Of a stretch of DNA of 64,000 nucleotides, positions 17,555 to 28,452 are shown one piece after another. The notes under the pieces were generated by a model, which saw only the letters and a program-made list of their open reading frames with translations, was not told the origin of the DNA and searched no databases. The DNA lies in contig CAZQKB010000012.1 in assembly GCA_964593755.1 (NCBI GenBank), positions 14,665-78,664 of the forward strand, in the 5' to 3' direction. Origin of the DNA: an uncultured Mesohalobacter sp. (lineage in GTDB: Bacteria; Bacteroidota; Bacteroidia; Flavobacteriales; Flavobacteriaceae). Numbering within the stretch: position 1 is the stretch's first letter; every line of letters begins with the position of its first letter. Position numbers and translations under genes: made by a program.

Positions 17555-19402
17555 TTAGCCCGACAGCTCAAACCACTTTTCTGTTTTATTTTCAATACTG
17601 CTTTCGATTTCCTGTAGTTTAATGCTGTTTGCTTTAATCTCGTCTGCAGACAAATCCTCGAGAAAAGCTTTTTGCAGTTTTTCTTTTTCTTTTTCTAAAT
17701 TTTGAATCTGCTTTTCGAGCTGTTTAATTTCTTTTTGCTCAAGATAGCTCAATTTCTTTTCTTCCTTTTCGGGTGTTTCTGTTTTTGAAGTTGTGGGCGC
17801 TTTACTTTCTGTTTTTGTCTTGGGTTTATGGGCTTCGTAATTTCTATAATCTGAATAATTACCTGGAAAATCTGAAATTTGTCCGTGTTCAAACACAAAC
17901 AGGTGATCTACAATTTTATCCATAAAGTAACGATCATGAGAGACCACAATAAGGCATCCCGGAAAGTCCATCAGAAAGCTTTCAAGCACATTTATGGTAA
18001 CAACATCCAAGTCGTTGGTAGGTTCATCGAGAATTAAAAAATTTGGATTCTGGATTAAAACCGTACAGAGGTAAAGCCTTTTTAACTCACCACCACTTAG
18101 TTTTTCTACATAATCGTATTGCTTTTTGCGGTCAAACAAAAAACGCTCCAGTAGCTGTTGGGCTGATAGTTTTCTGCCTTTTGCCAATGGTATATAATCT
18201 CCAAATTCCTGAATGACTTCAATGACCTTCTGGCCGGGTTTAGGTTCCAAACCACCTTGTCTGTAGTATCCAAATTGCAAGGTTTCACCAATAACCACTT
18301 TTCCGGTATCAGGTATAAGATTCCCTGTCAGGATATTCAAAAAAGTAGATTTGCCGCTGCCGTTTTTGCCAATTATACCAAGCCTTTCCCCTTTGATAAA
18401 ATTGTAATCAAAGTTTTCAAAAAGGGTTCTGTCATCAAAGCTTTTGGAAACATTATGAAACTCAACCACTTTTGTGCCCAGTCGATTCATATTGATTTCC
18501 AGTTGAATTTCGTGCTCTTTTCGACGTTGATGTGCCCGTTGTTTGATATCGTCAAAATCGTCTATTCTCGATTTGGATTTGGTTGTTCTGGCTTTAGGCT
18601 GGCGACGCATCCAGTCCAGTTCCTTTTTAAAGAGCTGTTTGGCTTTGTCGGTTTCTGTTTCCTGTTGTTGCAAACGTTCGTCTCTTTTTTCGAGATAATA
18701 GGCGTAATTTCCTTTATAAGTATAAAGCTGCCCCTGGTCAAGCTCCATAATTTGGTTACAAACCCGATCTAAAAAATAACGGTCATGCGTCACCATAAAG
18801 AAACTCATCTTAGAGGTTTTGAAAAAGCTTTCCAGCCACTCAATCATGTCTAAGTCTAAGTGATTGGTAGGTTCGTCCAAAATAAGCAGATCAGGTTCAT
18901 CTAAGAGTAAAATGGCCAGAGCCAGGCGTTTTTTCTGCCCACCTGAAAGATCTTTGACCTTCTTGTTAAGATCATTCAATTGAAGCTTAGATAAGATCTG
19001 TTGGTATTGACTTTCAAAGTCCCAGGCTTGTTTGGCTTCCATATTTTCAAAGGCTTTTTGATAAGCTTCCTGATCGTCAGGGTTTTGAAGTGCCTTTTCG
19101 TACTGGCTGATGATTTTTAGCATTTGATTATCCGAAGCCAATATACTTTCTTCGATACTCAGATTTGGTGCGAGGTCAGGTTCCTGTGAAAGGAAACCAA
19201 TTTTTATATCATTTCTAAAATTTATTTCGCCCTGATCCGGTTGATCTACCTGAGCTAAAAGTTTCAAGAGACTGGTTTTACCACTTCCGTTTTGGGCTAT
19301 AAGTCCTATTTTCTGGCCTTGGTTTATACCAAAAGACAGGTCTTCAAATAACCTTAAAGTGCCATAAGACTTGGCGATATGTTCTACTGAGATGTAATTC
19401 AA
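17555..19402 (-). CDS. ABC-F family ATPase (Uup-like)
   Basis: Two NBDs (LSGGQ/LSGGE, LDEPTN, THDR/SHDR), inter-ABC linker and C-terminal coiled coil, no TM. Confidence 0.92.
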   Translation of the reverse strand: MNYISVEHIAKSYGTLRLFEDLSFGINQGQKIGLIAQNGSGKTSLLKLLAQVDQPDQGEINFRNDIKIGFLSQEPDLAPNLSIEESILASDNQMLKIISQYEKALQNPDDQEAYQKAFENMEAKQAWDFESQYQQILSKLQLNDLNKKVKDLSGGQKKRLALAILLLDEPDLLILDEPTNHLDLDMIEWLESFFKTSKMSFFMVTHDRYFLDRVCNQIMELDQGQLYTYKGNYAYYLEKRDERLQQQETETDKAKQLFKKELDWMRRQPKARTTKSKSRIDDFDDIKQRAHQRRKEHEIQLEINMNRLGTKVVEFHNVSKSFDDRTLFENFDYNFIKGERLGIIGKNGSGKSTFLNILTGNLIPDTGKVVIGETLQFGYYRQGGLEPKPGQKVIEVIQEFGDYIPLAKGRKLSAQQLLERFLFDRKKQYDYVEKLSGGELKRLYLCTVLIQNPNFLILDEPTNDLDVVTINVLESFLMDFPGCLIVVSHDRYFMDKIVDHLFVFEHGQISDFPGNYSDYRNYEAHKPKTKTESKAPTTSKTETPEKEEKKLSYLEQKEIKQLEKQIQNLEKEKEKLQKAFLEDLSADEIKANSIKLQEIESSIENKTEKWFELSG

Positions 19403-19407
19403 AAACT

Positions 19408-20016
19408 TTAGTTTTTATCTTTTTTAGGGAAAGCCTTTTTGTGAAAAACCAATAAGATACCAAAGCCTGTGCTTATGGCTGTATCGGCTATATTAAAGAC
19501 CGGCTCAAAAAACACAAAACGTTCTCCACCCCAGATTGGTATCCATTCGGGCAGGATGTCATCATACAACGGAAAATACAGCATATCAACAACTTTACCC
19601 TTTAGCAGCGGTGCGTATCCACCGGACTCCGGAAGGAAACTTGCTACCTGTCCGAGGCTTTCGTTGAAAAACACGCCGTAGAATACAGAATCTATAATAT
19701 TGCCCATAGCTCCCGCAAAAATGAGAGCAATAGCAACTAAAAGTACTTTAGGCGCTTTTTTTCGGGTAGAATCCCATAACCACCAGCCAATACCGAGAAT
19801 AGCGAACAATCTAAAAACAGTAAGAATAACCTTACCGTAACTACCAGGTATCTTAGCGCCCCAAGCCATGCCTTCATTTTCAATAAAGAGGATTTTAAAC
19901 CAGGAAAAAACTTCTACACTTTCATAGAGCTTGAAGTTGGTTTTAATATAAACTTTTGAAATCTGATCTATGATCAATATAAGGGCTATGAGAAGAATTG
20001 AATGTTTTAAGCGCAT
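19408..20016 (-). CDS. lspA: Lipoprotein signal peptidase II
   Basis: DQISK, NEGMAWG, GAMGNIID, VVDM, FNIAD. Confidence 0.93.
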   Translation of the reverse strand: MRLKHSILLIALILIIDQISKVYIKTNFKLYESVEVFSWFKILFIENEGMAWGAKIPGSYGKVILTVFRLFAILGIGWWLWDSTRKKAPKVLLVAIALIFAGAMGNIIDSVFYGVFFNESLGQVASFLPESGGYAPLLKGKVVDMLYFPLYDDILPEWIPIWGGERFVFFEPVFNIADTAISTGFGILLVFHKKAFPKKDKN

Positions 20017-20064
20017 TTGCCTTTTGATTTAATCGCAAAAATAGACTTTTTAAAGTATTTGCAA

Positions 20065-20694
20065 TTAGTCTATTTGCATAACTTTTATGTTACCATTAAC
20101 GCTTCTCAGGTCTAACTTATGTTTTTCAATAAGTGATTTTTCAATTTCCACCTTACCATTTTGAGAATTCGCATCTATTTCAGCCTGTTTGGTTTCTATA
20201 AAAATATTTCCATCATAGGTGTTTATGATAGCATTACCAACTAAAAAAGTCATCCTGCAGTGGCCTGATTTTGTATTAATGATGAGATTATTATAGTTCC
20301 CGCTGCCTGTGACTGTGGCAATTTCAGAATTGATTTCTACATTTAGGTTTCGTGGCAAGAGTAATTCTACAGCCACAGAAAATTCCTGCATAGATGTCAT
20401 TTTATTATCGCCAAAAGCCAATCTTTCGGGGTAAATGCTTTTTATATAAAGTACATCGTTTTTAACCTCGTAATCAAAATAAATATCGTTTCTGTAACTG
20501 CCTTCTGAAGCAGAATTGAATTGAATAAAATTGTCCTGATGTGTATCTATTTTTACTAAAGAAACCTGGTCTGCAACAAAGAATACCTTCTTTATATTCT
20601 TATCTTCAATTTTAAATTGAGAGGTAATTTGTGCCTTTAGCGTCAAAAAACTAAAGCAAATAAGTGTCGAAAAAAATACTTTTTTAAAAATCAA
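20065..20694 (-). CDS. Secreted beta-strand-repeat (DUF4097/adhesin-like) protein
   Basis: Signal peptide; repeated xTxxGxI motifs in the C-terminal half. Confidence 0.55.
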   Translation of the reverse strand: MIFKKVFFSTLICFSFLTLKAQITSQFKIEDKNIKKVFFVADQVSLVKIDTHQDNFIQFNSASEGSYRNDIYFDYEVKNDVLYIKSIYPERLAFGDNKMTSMQEFSVAVELLLPRNLNVEINSEIATVTGSGNYNNLIINTKSGHCRMTFLVGNAIINTYDGNIFIETKQAEIDANSQNGKVEIEKSLIEKHKLDLRSVNGNIKVMQID

Positions 20695-21404
20695 ATCTTT
20701 ATTAAATATCTATAAACCATTCCTGTAGCAATCGCAATCAAAAAACTAAGTAAGGTCCCTATGAGTACATATTCTGTTAATTTTCTGTCTTTTGCTCTTG
20801 ACAAATCGCCAAACCTGAATACAGACTTTGCTGTGATTAAAAATCCAATAGCGGCCCACTGTCCCAGAACTATAAACAAAAAAATGAACAAACGCTCTAA
20901 AATTCCAATGTAGCTGCCTGCGCCTTTTAAGGCGTTTTCGGGCCTTTCTTCCGGCAACTGCCACCTGCTCATGATAATTTGCATTGCAATAGAAGAAACT
21001 GCAGTCAAAACGACCAAGGCCAAGGCTGTTAAAACCACTTGTTTTGATAAAATAAGTTCTAAACTGATTTTTTGTGGATATTCAATTAATACCGCTATTG
21101 AGATGATGAGTAAATGTAAAAATTGATCAACAAAAAAAAGAGTTCTTCCGTTTTTTTTGTTTTTGAGATTTAACTTTAAAATATCAATCATCAAGTGTGT
21201 TATGCTGATAAATAAAATATAAGGCCAATACCTAAAGTCGAATCCCAGAACAATGATCAAAAGTAAAACATGAACTAAAACATGTAGATAAACAAATATA
21301 GATTTATGCTTTTTTTGCTCTTTGTCTTTAACCCACTTGTAAGGCTGAAGAACAAAATCACCAACGGCATGAGCCAGTAAGAGTTTGAGTGCAAATACCA
21401 TCAT
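20691..21404 (-). CDS. DUF3307 membrane protein
   Basis: AHAVGDFVLQ, DQFLH, IGILER, AKSVFRF, EYVLIGTL. Confidence 0.85.
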   Translation of the reverse strand: MMVFALKLLLAHAVGDFVLQPYKWVKDKEQKKHKSIFVYLHVLVHVLLLIIVLGFDFRYWPYILFISITHLMIDILKLNLKNKKNGRTLFFVDQFLHLLIISIAVLIEYPQKISLELILSKQVVLTALALVVLTAVSSIAMQIIMSRWQLPEERPENALKGAGSYIGILERLFIFLFIVLGQWAAIGFLITAKSVFRFGDLSRAKDRKLTEYVLIGTLLSFLIAIATGMVYRYLIKI

Positions 21405-22000
21405 CGTTTTAAAATTTCTGATTTGTAATAGGCATTCATGGCCATGATTTCGTCATATCCACCTCGTTTTAAAGCTTCACTAATATTGCTTTGGGATTTT
21501 TTAAGTCTTTTTGCAAGCTCCTGTTGTTTTAATTCCGGATGTTCTAAAGCGGTTTTTATCACATTTGAAACCGTAGTGGTCCAGCGATTTGCAATATACA
21601 AAGCTAAGCCGAGCATTGTATTGATGATTTGGTCAAAATCTGCTTCGCCTGAAAACAAAAGCATGTTCTGCTTCTTTAATGCCTCAAAACACTCTCCCGA
21701 CCTTACAAAGGCTGTTCCGTTTGAGGTTGTAATTTTATCAGATAGAAAATCAATCTCACCAATACCTATCCCAAGTCTCACATCCAGTTCTTCAAACTGC
21801 TTTATCACGGCTTTGATATGCAGAGCCTTTGCTATAGCATCTTCGGCATTGAGCATCAACTGAAAGCTATCCCCTCTATATATTTCCCAATCCTGAGGAG
21901 ATTTCCCAGAGCTTTTTAAAACCATTTCTAAAGTACTCAGCCAATCTTTTGTACTGGTACTTTTGGAATTTACGACATCTCCTGTTATAACGGCTTTCAT
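21401..22000 (-). CDS. SatD-family protein with C-terminal HTH
   Basis: VITGDVVNS, YRGDSFQ, RLGIGIG, NGTAF; QQELAKRLKKSQSNIS. Confidence 0.85.
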   Translation of the reverse strand: MKAVITGDVVNSKSTSTKDWLSTLEMVLKSSGKSPQDWEIYRGDSFQLMLNAEDAIAKALHIKAVIKQFEELDVRLGIGIGEIDFLSDKITTSNGTAFVRSGECFEALKKQNMLLFSGEADFDQIINTMLGLALYIANRWTTTVSNVIKTALEHPELKQQELAKRLKKSQSNISEALKRGGYDEIMAMNAYYKSEILKR

Positions 22001-22097
22001 CAAATCTTTTCTCAAATATAGTTGATTTTTCTACTTCTACAAAATATCTGCTTAAAAGAGGATATTTTGTATTATCTGATTATAAGCAGATATTTTA

Positions 22098-23069
22098 TTA
22101 TATCGGTTTATTTACAGATATTTCTTGGCTTTTAAAGTTGGTTTTGATCTTATTTACTATCGTTTGTGCCAATTTTTCTTTACTTTCTATGGTCCAGCCG
22201 GCGATGTGAGGCGATAGTATGACGTTATCTAATTGTATAAGTGTTTTAAAAGCTTTGGGCATGGTAGAGTAATCTGAAAACAGATGTTCAAAAGAGGTTT
22301 TTTCATATTCCAAAACGTCAAGGCCGGCGCCTTTTACTTTTTTATTTTGAATGGCTTCAACCAAAGCTTCAGTATTAACAACTTTTCCTCTGGAAGTGTT
22401 TATAAACCATAGGCTATGTTTAAAAGAAGATAAAAATTCAGCGTTTACCATTTGGTTGGTCTTTTCGGTTAATGGAACGTGTAAACTTACAATTTGAGTC
22501 TCTTCAAAAAATGTTGCTAAGTCTACTTGTTCTGCATTTTCATCACCAACCTGGTCTTTGATATCATAACAAATTACTTTACAGCCAAAGCCTTGCAGTC
22601 TTTTCGCAAAAGCTTTTCCCATATAGCCATAACCAATAATCCCAATGGTCTTACCCATGATTTCTTCGCCCCGGTTTTCTTCTCTCAACCAGATGCCCTT
22701 ACGCACTTCTGTGTTTGCAATAAAAAACCTGTTTGTTAAGGCAAGCAGCATTCCAAGAGCGTGTTCTGCAACAGCATCTCTGTTGCCTTCCGGAGCATTA
22801 AACAGCATGACACCTTGATTTTTGGCGAAATTTGTATCAATATTTTCGAGACCGGCACCAACTCGACCAATGAACTTTAAATTTTTGGCTTTAGATAGAA
22901 ATTGTTGATCTACAGGAAATCTACTTCGGATAATCAGGCCATCATATTTGTGAATAACCTCTTCAATTTCAGCTTTTGATGAGGTGTAGTCTTCGACATT
23001 AGTAAAGCCTAATTCACCAAGCTGTTTAAGCATTAAAGGATGGTTTTCATCAAGGTGTAATACAGTCAT
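22098..23069 (-). CDS. D-2-hydroxyacid dehydrogenase (SerA-like)
   Basis: GRVGAGLENID, GIIGYGYMG, INTSRG, LDVLE, SPHIAG; start placed at MTVLHLD. Confidence 0.88.
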   Translation of the reverse strand: MTVLHLDENHPLMLKQLGELGFTNVEDYTSSKAEIEEVIHKYDGLIIRSRFPVDQQFLSKAKNLKFIGRVGAGLENIDTNFAKNQGVMLFNAPEGNRDAVAEHALGMLLALTNRFFIANTEVRKGIWLREENRGEEIMGKTIGIIGYGYMGKAFAKRLQGFGCKVICYDIKDQVGDENAEQVDLATFFEETQIVSLHVPLTEKTNQMVNAEFLSSFKHSLWFINTSRGKVVNTEALVEAIQNKKVKGAGLDVLEYEKTSFEHLFSDYSTMPKAFKTLIQLDNVILSPHIAGWTIESKEKLAQTIVNKIKTNFKSQEISVNKPI

Positions 23070-23467
23070 AAGTTTTCGAAATATGGTTGTAAAATATCTG
23101 CTGTAAGTCGGGTTGGTCTTCTGGTTTTTAAGCTTACAAAACACCATTCTGCAGTAGATTCCAAAATTAGCTTATCCCCTTTTGTGATTGATGTTTTACG
23201 GGTACATCTGGCGGTGGAAAATGCTTCAATCCAGGTTTTAATCTTTAATTCATCATTAAGTTGAGCCTGGCCTTTGTAAAGCAGTTCGTGCCTTAAAATC
23301 ATCCAACCAAATTGATCTCTAATGGTGTTGGGACTAAAGCTGTTCCAGTGCGCTTTAGAAATTTTTAATACCCATTTGATGTAAGCCAGATTATTCACAT
23401 GGTTAAAATGGTCTATAACATCCTTTTCGACACTGAACACTTTTTGGTATGCAATGGGTTTTGACAT
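23066..23467 (-). CDS. Acyl-CoA thioesterase (hotdog fold)
   Basis: IDHFNHVNNLAY motif. Confidence 0.85.
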   Translation of the reverse strand: MSKPIAYQKVFSVEKDVIDHFNHVNNLAYIKWVLKISKAHWNSFSPNTIRDQFGWMILRHELLYKGQAQLNDELKIKTWIEAFSTARCTRKTSITKGDKLILESTAEWCFVSLKTRRPTRLTADILQPYFENL

Positions 23468-23469
23468 TG

Positions 23470-24822
23470 TTAAAATCCTAAGATATATTTGGCTATGGAA
23501 AAGAAAATAAGTAATCCAAAAATATCATTACTTGTGGTGATAAACGGACCGGTGGCCAATGCCGGATCTATCTTGTAGCGGTCTAACATAATGGGTACAA
23601 AAGTTCCTATAAGCGAAGCCACAATGATTACAGATATGAGTGCCAGAGAAATGGTTAAAGCCACATCATAGGCGCGTCCCAAAATAAAATGTGCACCAAG
23701 GAAAAGTAAAATAGCCAGAAAAATACCGTTTAAAATATTAAGTCCAACTTCTTTGAGTAATCTTTTCCAGACAGAGCCAGTAAGGGTTCCTTTGGCAATA
23801 CTTTGAACTATAATTGCTGATGATTGTACACCCACATTACCTGCCATGGCTGCAATGAGTGGTGTAAAGAAAAACAAAAACGCATAATTGGTCATGGCAC
23901 TCTCAAACTGTCCCGCTACGGTAACTGCAATAAAACCACCAAAAAGCGCTAATACCAGCCAGGGTAATCTCGCTCTGGTTTGCTGCCATAAGTTATCATC
24001 GGCATCTACATCTTCTGAGATACCGGCTGCCATTTGGTAATCTTTATCGGCTTCTTCTCTTATGAAATCTATAATATCATCTACCGTAATCCGACCTACC
24101 AAACGACCTATCTCATCTATCACCGGAATGGCTTCAAGATCGTATTTCTGCATGATTCTGGCAACTTCTTCGGCAGAGGTATGTACATCTACATAATCTA
24201 CGTTTTGTATATAAACGTCTTCAATATTGGCATTGCTTGGTGCTGTAATGAGGTCTTTTAAAGACAATCTGCCTTTCAATTTTCCTTTATTATCTACCAC
24301 ATAGATCGAATGTACTCTTGTAACATTTTCTGCCTGCGCACGCATTTCCTCCATACAGCCTGTTACACTCCAGTTTTCATTTACTTTTATCAACTCCTTC
24401 GCCATAAGACCACCGGCCGTATCTTCCTCATAACGCATCAATTCAACAATATGCTGAGCATGATTGCGGTCCTTCAGGCTATTGATAACTTCGTTCTTGA
24501 GCTCTACAGAAAGGTTGTTGATGATGTCTGTAGCATCATCTGTATCCATTTCTTCAATCTCGTCGGCGATTTCCTTTGGAGTAAGATTACTGAGGACTTT
24601 TTCCCGGTCATCTTCATCAATTTCCATCAAAACCTCAGCAGTTTTTTCGCTATCGAGGAGCTTTATGATATAAGTAGCTTCATCAAGATTCAGTTCGTCG
24701 AGAATTTCAGCAATGTCTGCATGGTGCATATCCCCAAGATGCGATAAGAGCTCCTGATTGTTTTTTTCTTCAATCAGAAATTCTATTTTTTCTATGAGGG
24801 TTTTTGAAATTTCAAACTGCAT
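23470..24822 (-). CDS. mgtE: Magnesium transporter
   Basis: N domain, CBS pair, RLPWL, GNVGVQ, DPALATGPFITT. Confidence 0.95.
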   Translation of the reverse strand: MQFEISKTLIEKIEFLIEEKNNQELLSHLGDMHHADIAEILDELNLDEATYIIKLLDSEKTAEVLMEIDEDDREKVLSNLTPKEIADEIEEMDTDDATDIINNLSVELKNEVINSLKDRNHAQHIVELMRYEEDTAGGLMAKELIKVNENWSVTGCMEEMRAQAENVTRVHSIYVVDNKGKLKGRLSLKDLITAPSNANIEDVYIQNVDYVDVHTSAEEVARIMQKYDLEAIPVIDEIGRLVGRITVDDIIDFIREEADKDYQMAAGISEDVDADDNLWQQTRARLPWLVLALFGGFIAVTVAGQFESAMTNYAFLFFFTPLIAAMAGNVGVQSSAIIVQSIAKGTLTGSVWKRLLKEVGLNILNGIFLAILLFLGAHFILGRAYDVALTISLALISVIIVASLIGTFVPIMLDRYKIDPALATGPFITTSNDIFGLLIFFSIAKYILGF

Positions 24823-25639
24823 CCTGGGCTATTTTTTGAGTCAATTCTACAAATTCAATATAAAACAATTGCTCCGGTCTTTTAGCAAAGATAAGGTCTG
24901 ATTTTAAATTATCAGATAAATTAAAGGTTTTTAAACTGTTACGTAATGTTTTCCTGCGTTGTTGAAAGGCCGTTTTTACCACTTTAAAAAACAATACTTC
25001 ATCACAATCCAGGTGGTAATTCTCTCTGCGTGTAAGTTTAATGACACCACTATCTACTTTTGGTGGTGGATTAAAGTTTGAAGGTTTTACAGTGAACAGG
25101 TATTCTACTTCGAAAAATGCTTGTGTTAGCACTGATAAAATGCCATAGGTTTTGCTTCCCGGTGACTCGCAAATTCTTTTGGCAACTTCTTTCTGAAACA
25201 TGCCGGCAAATTGAGTGACATGCGTTCTGTTTTCCAGAGCTTTGAACAAAATTTGACTTGAGATGTTATAAGGAAAATTACCTATGATTGCAAAATCTTT
25301 TTTTGCAGTATAGTTTAGTAAATCTGCTTTTAAGAAGTCTTCTTCAACCAGTTGGAAGCTTTTGGATTTTGTGATGGGGTCGTCGTATTTTTCATTGAGG
25401 TAAGCTACAGATTCCCGGTCAACTTCAAAAGCTATAAGTTTTGAATCATTTTCAACTAAAAATTGGGTAAGCACGCCTGTTCCGGGGCCAACTTCTATAA
25501 CAATATCAAGAGAAGTATAATCTAAAGCCTCTGCAATACGTTTGGCTATATTTTCATCTTTAAGAAAATGCTGACCTAAAAACTTTTTGGGGCGAACCCT
25601 ATTCTGGTGTTGATGAAAATCCCGATTGTTGTTCGCCAT
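24812..25639 (-). CDS. rsmA: 16S rRNA m6,2A dimethyltransferase
   Basis: LGQHFL, EVGPGTG, GNFPYNIS, FQKEVA, PPPKVDS. Confidence 0.95.
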   Translation of the reverse strand: MANNNRDFHQHQNRVRPKKFLGQHFLKDENIAKRIAEALDYTSLDIVIEVGPGTGVLTQFLVENDSKLIAFEVDRESVAYLNEKYDDPITKSKSFQLVEEDFLKADLLNYTAKKDFAIIGNFPYNISSQILFKALENRTHVTQFAGMFQKEVAKRICESPGSKTYGILSVLTQAFFEVEYLFTVKPSNFNPPPKVDSGVIKLTRRENYHLDCDEVLFFKVVKTAFQQRRKTLRNSLKTFNLSDNLKSDLIFAKRPEQLFYIEFVELTQKIAQDAV

Positions 25640-25648
25640 GTATGATTT

Positions 25649-27964
25649 TTAAAAATCTAAATTATAATCCGGGGTATCATCTTCCTCTTCATCTCCTAAT
25701 TTTTCATCATTACAATTGACCTGAATACTTAAGTTTTCAGGAGCTTCAAATTCTCCATCAGACACCTGAAAATCTTCATCGGCGTAAAGATCTTTCATGT
25801 ACATTCCCCAAATAGGCAAAGCCATGGTTGCACCCTGGCCATAAACTATACCCCCAAAACGTACAGAACGGTCTTCGCCGCCGACCCAAACACCTGTTGT
25901 AAGATCAGGTACCATTCCTATAAACCAGCCGTCACTCTGGTTTTGAGTTGTTCCTGTTTTTCCGGCTATAGGGTTTTTAAAATCATAAGGATAGCCTGTG
26001 ACTGCTCTTTTATAATCTGGTCTGTGGATTGCCCAGGTTCCTCTAAGTCTTTGTCCGGAACCTTTTAGGGTTACACCTTCAAGTAGTTTAATAGTAACAT
26101 AAGCTGTTTCCGGGCTTAGAACATCTCTACTTTCTGGTTTGTGCTGGTATAAAACGGTTCCGTTTTTATCTTCGATACGGCTCACGTAGTAAGGCTCTAC
26201 ATAAACACCTTTATTGGCAAATGTGCTAAAAGCGGATACCATTTCGTAAACACTTAAGTCTGGGGTTCCTAAAGCTATCGAAGGATAAGGTTTTATATTT
26301 TCTGTATTTATACCCAGTTTACCAACAAAATCCAGTACAGGTTGTGGACCTGTTTGGTCAATAACTCTAGCGGTAACCGTATTGAGGGATTCTGCAAGTG
26401 CTGTTTTTAAAGTTTTAATACCGCCGTAATCACCACCTGAATTCTCTGGTGTCCAATCTTCTATCAACCCAAACCTTCCTTTTGGAATGGTATAGAGTGT
26501 ATTTGGGTATTCCAAACATGGAGAGAAGTGTAACTGATCAATAGCAGTAGCATAGACAAAAGGTTTAAAAGTTGAACCCACCTGTCTTTTGGCTTGTTGA
26601 ACGTGTTCATATTTGAAAAATTCAAAATCTATTCCTCCAACCCAGGCCACAATTTCTCCGGTCTGAGGCCTCATAGACATCATACCCGTATTGAGAAAAG
26701 CTTTATGATAATAAATAGAATCCCTAGGTGTCATTATGGTATCTATTTTTCCTTTCCAGCTAAATACTTTCATTTTTGCAGGCTTATCAAACGATGCTAA
26801 AATGGTATCTTCTGATATACCGGCCCGTTTCATTTCCTTATAACGTGATGAATTTAATATAGCTCTTTTTATAATCAGGTCAATTTCTTCCTGGTCAACA
26901 CCTCTGAAAGGATAGTTTTTTCGGCCACGATTTTGTCTAAAAAACTCCTTTTGAAGGTTAGACATGTGTTTTTCAACAGCAGTTTCTGCGTAAGTTTGGG
27001 CATCTGAATCTAAAGTAGTATAGATTTTTAGTCCATCGCTGTAGAGGTCATGATAAGAACCATCATCTTTTGGATTGTTTTTGATCCATTTGTTTAAGAA
27101 CTTTTTTAATTCTGTTCTAAAGTAAGTGGCCTGGCCATCATTCTGATATTCCGGAGTATAATTGATTTCAAGAGGTAAAGCTTGTAAAGAGTCCTTTTCT
27201 TTTTTAGTCAAAAAATCGTTTCTGTGCATTTGGGCAAACACCTGGTTTCGCCTATCCAGCGAATTTTGTTTGAAAATATCTCTATAAGGATTGTAAAGTA
27301 CAGGATTTTTAAACATGGCTACCAGGGTTGCGGATTCTTCAATATTTAAATCCTGAGGCTCTTTTCCAAAGTAAACTCTTGCTGCTGAACGAATGCCAAC
27401 TGCACCACGTGTAAAATCAAATATGTTGAAATACATCGCAATGATTTCGTCTTTGGTATATTGTTTTTCCAGCCGAACGGCAATGACCCATTCTTTGACT
27501 TTTTGTAAAATAGCTTCTCCTAAATTTTTAGCCCTTTCTCCTGTAAATAATTGCTTCGCTAATTGTTGAGTAATCGTACTTGCTCCACCTTTTTCACCTA
27601 AATAAACCAATGCTCTTATTGTACCTCTTGCATCTATTCCGGAATGAGAATAGTAACGCTCATCTTCTGTAGCGACCAAAGCGTTTACCAGGTGATCTGG
27701 AAGTTGATCGAAGTCAACCGGGGTTCGGTTTTGCTTGAAATATTTACCTAAAGTGATAGAATCTCTGGTTAGAATTTCAGCAGCAAGGTTAGATTGGGGA
27801 TTTTCAAGCTCTTCAAATGTTGGCATTTTACCAAACAAGCCTAAACCTGCTAGCAGAAATACATGTACAACTACTAAGAATAAAACAGTGTACAAAATCC
27901 AAAATCTTTTAGCGTAACTCTTTTTTTTTGGTGCTTTACGGTCTTTTTCTTTTCCTTTTGCCAT
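25649..27964 (-). CDS. mrcA: Class A penicillin-binding protein 1A
   Basis: EDERY, GASTITQQ, STFK, SLN, KTG. Confidence 0.88.
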   Translation of the reverse strand: MAKGKEKDRKAPKKKSYAKRFWILYTVLFLVVVHVFLLAGLGLFGKMPTFEELENPQSNLAAEILTRDSITLGKYFKQNRTPVDFDQLPDHLVNALVATEDERYYSHSGIDARGTIRALVYLGEKGGASTITQQLAKQLFTGERAKNLGEAILQKVKEWVIAVRLEKQYTKDEIIAMYFNIFDFTRGAVGIRSAARVYFGKEPQDLNIEESATLVAMFKNPVLYNPYRDIFKQNSLDRRNQVFAQMHRNDFLTKKEKDSLQALPLEINYTPEYQNDGQATYFRTELKKFLNKWIKNNPKDDGSYHDLYSDGLKIYTTLDSDAQTYAETAVEKHMSNLQKEFFRQNRGRKNYPFRGVDQEEIDLIIKRAILNSSRYKEMKRAGISEDTILASFDKPAKMKVFSWKGKIDTIMTPRDSIYYHKAFLNTGMMSMRPQTGEIVAWVGGIDFEFFKYEHVQQAKRQVGSTFKPFVYATAIDQLHFSPCLEYPNTLYTIPKGRFGLIEDWTPENSGGDYGGIKTLKTALAESLNTVTARVIDQTGPQPVLDFVGKLGINTENIKPYPSIALGTPDLSVYEMVSAFSTFANKGVYVEPYYVSRIEDKNGTVLYQHKPESRDVLSPETAYVTIKLLEGVTLKGSGQRLRGTWAIHRPDYKRAVTGYPYDFKNPIAGKTGTTQNQSDGWFIGMVPDLTTGVWVGGEDRSVRFGGIVYGQGATMALPIWGMYMKDLYADEDFQVSDGEFEAPENLSIQVNCNDEKLGDEEEDDTPDYNLDF

Positions 27965-28452
27965 TATTTTTCCTTTGTTACGGGTTCATAACTAAAACCA
28001 ATTTCTTCTACGCCGGTTAATTTTTCTAAAGGCTCTACAGCTCCTGCTTTGCGCATGGCCTGGCGTATTTCTAAATTATACTTTCCCTGTTCTGAAAACC
28101 TAACGCTTTCTTTGTACCAAAGCTTATTATACTTTAAACTTCCCAAACCTTCTCCCATAAGCCTTCCATCTTTAAACGCCATTTTATACTCTAAAGTATC
28201 TACAACAATTTTGCCATAAGGAAATTGCATGGCGGTAATTAAAAAAAGGTTATCAAATTTATACGCTTCTGTGTTGTGAATGTTAATGAAACAATTGTAT
28301 ACCTGGGTTGTATCTTTTACATCAAAAGTAAATTCTACAATACTGTCTTTATGCCAATAGCCTGTTGTGCTTTTACTTACAGAAAAATATTCTGATGTTG
28401 TACAACCAAATGTTATAGACAGGCATAACAAAACCAGAGATTTTTTAAGCAT
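27964..28452 (-). CDS. gldH: Gliding motility lipoprotein GldH
   Basis: Lipobox TFGC, W..D, Y.FDNLFL, DTLEY.MA...G...GEG, QAMRK; usual ricT-gldH-PBP1A order. Confidence 0.88.
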   Translation of the reverse strand: MLKKSLVLLCLSITFGCTTSEYFSVSKSTTGYWHKDSIVEFTFDVKDTTQVYNCFINIHNTEAYKFDNLFLITAMQFPYGKIVVDTLEYKMAFKDGRLMGEGLGSLKYNKLWYKESVRFSEQGKYNLEIRQAMRKAGAVEPLEKLTGVEEIGFSYEPVTKEK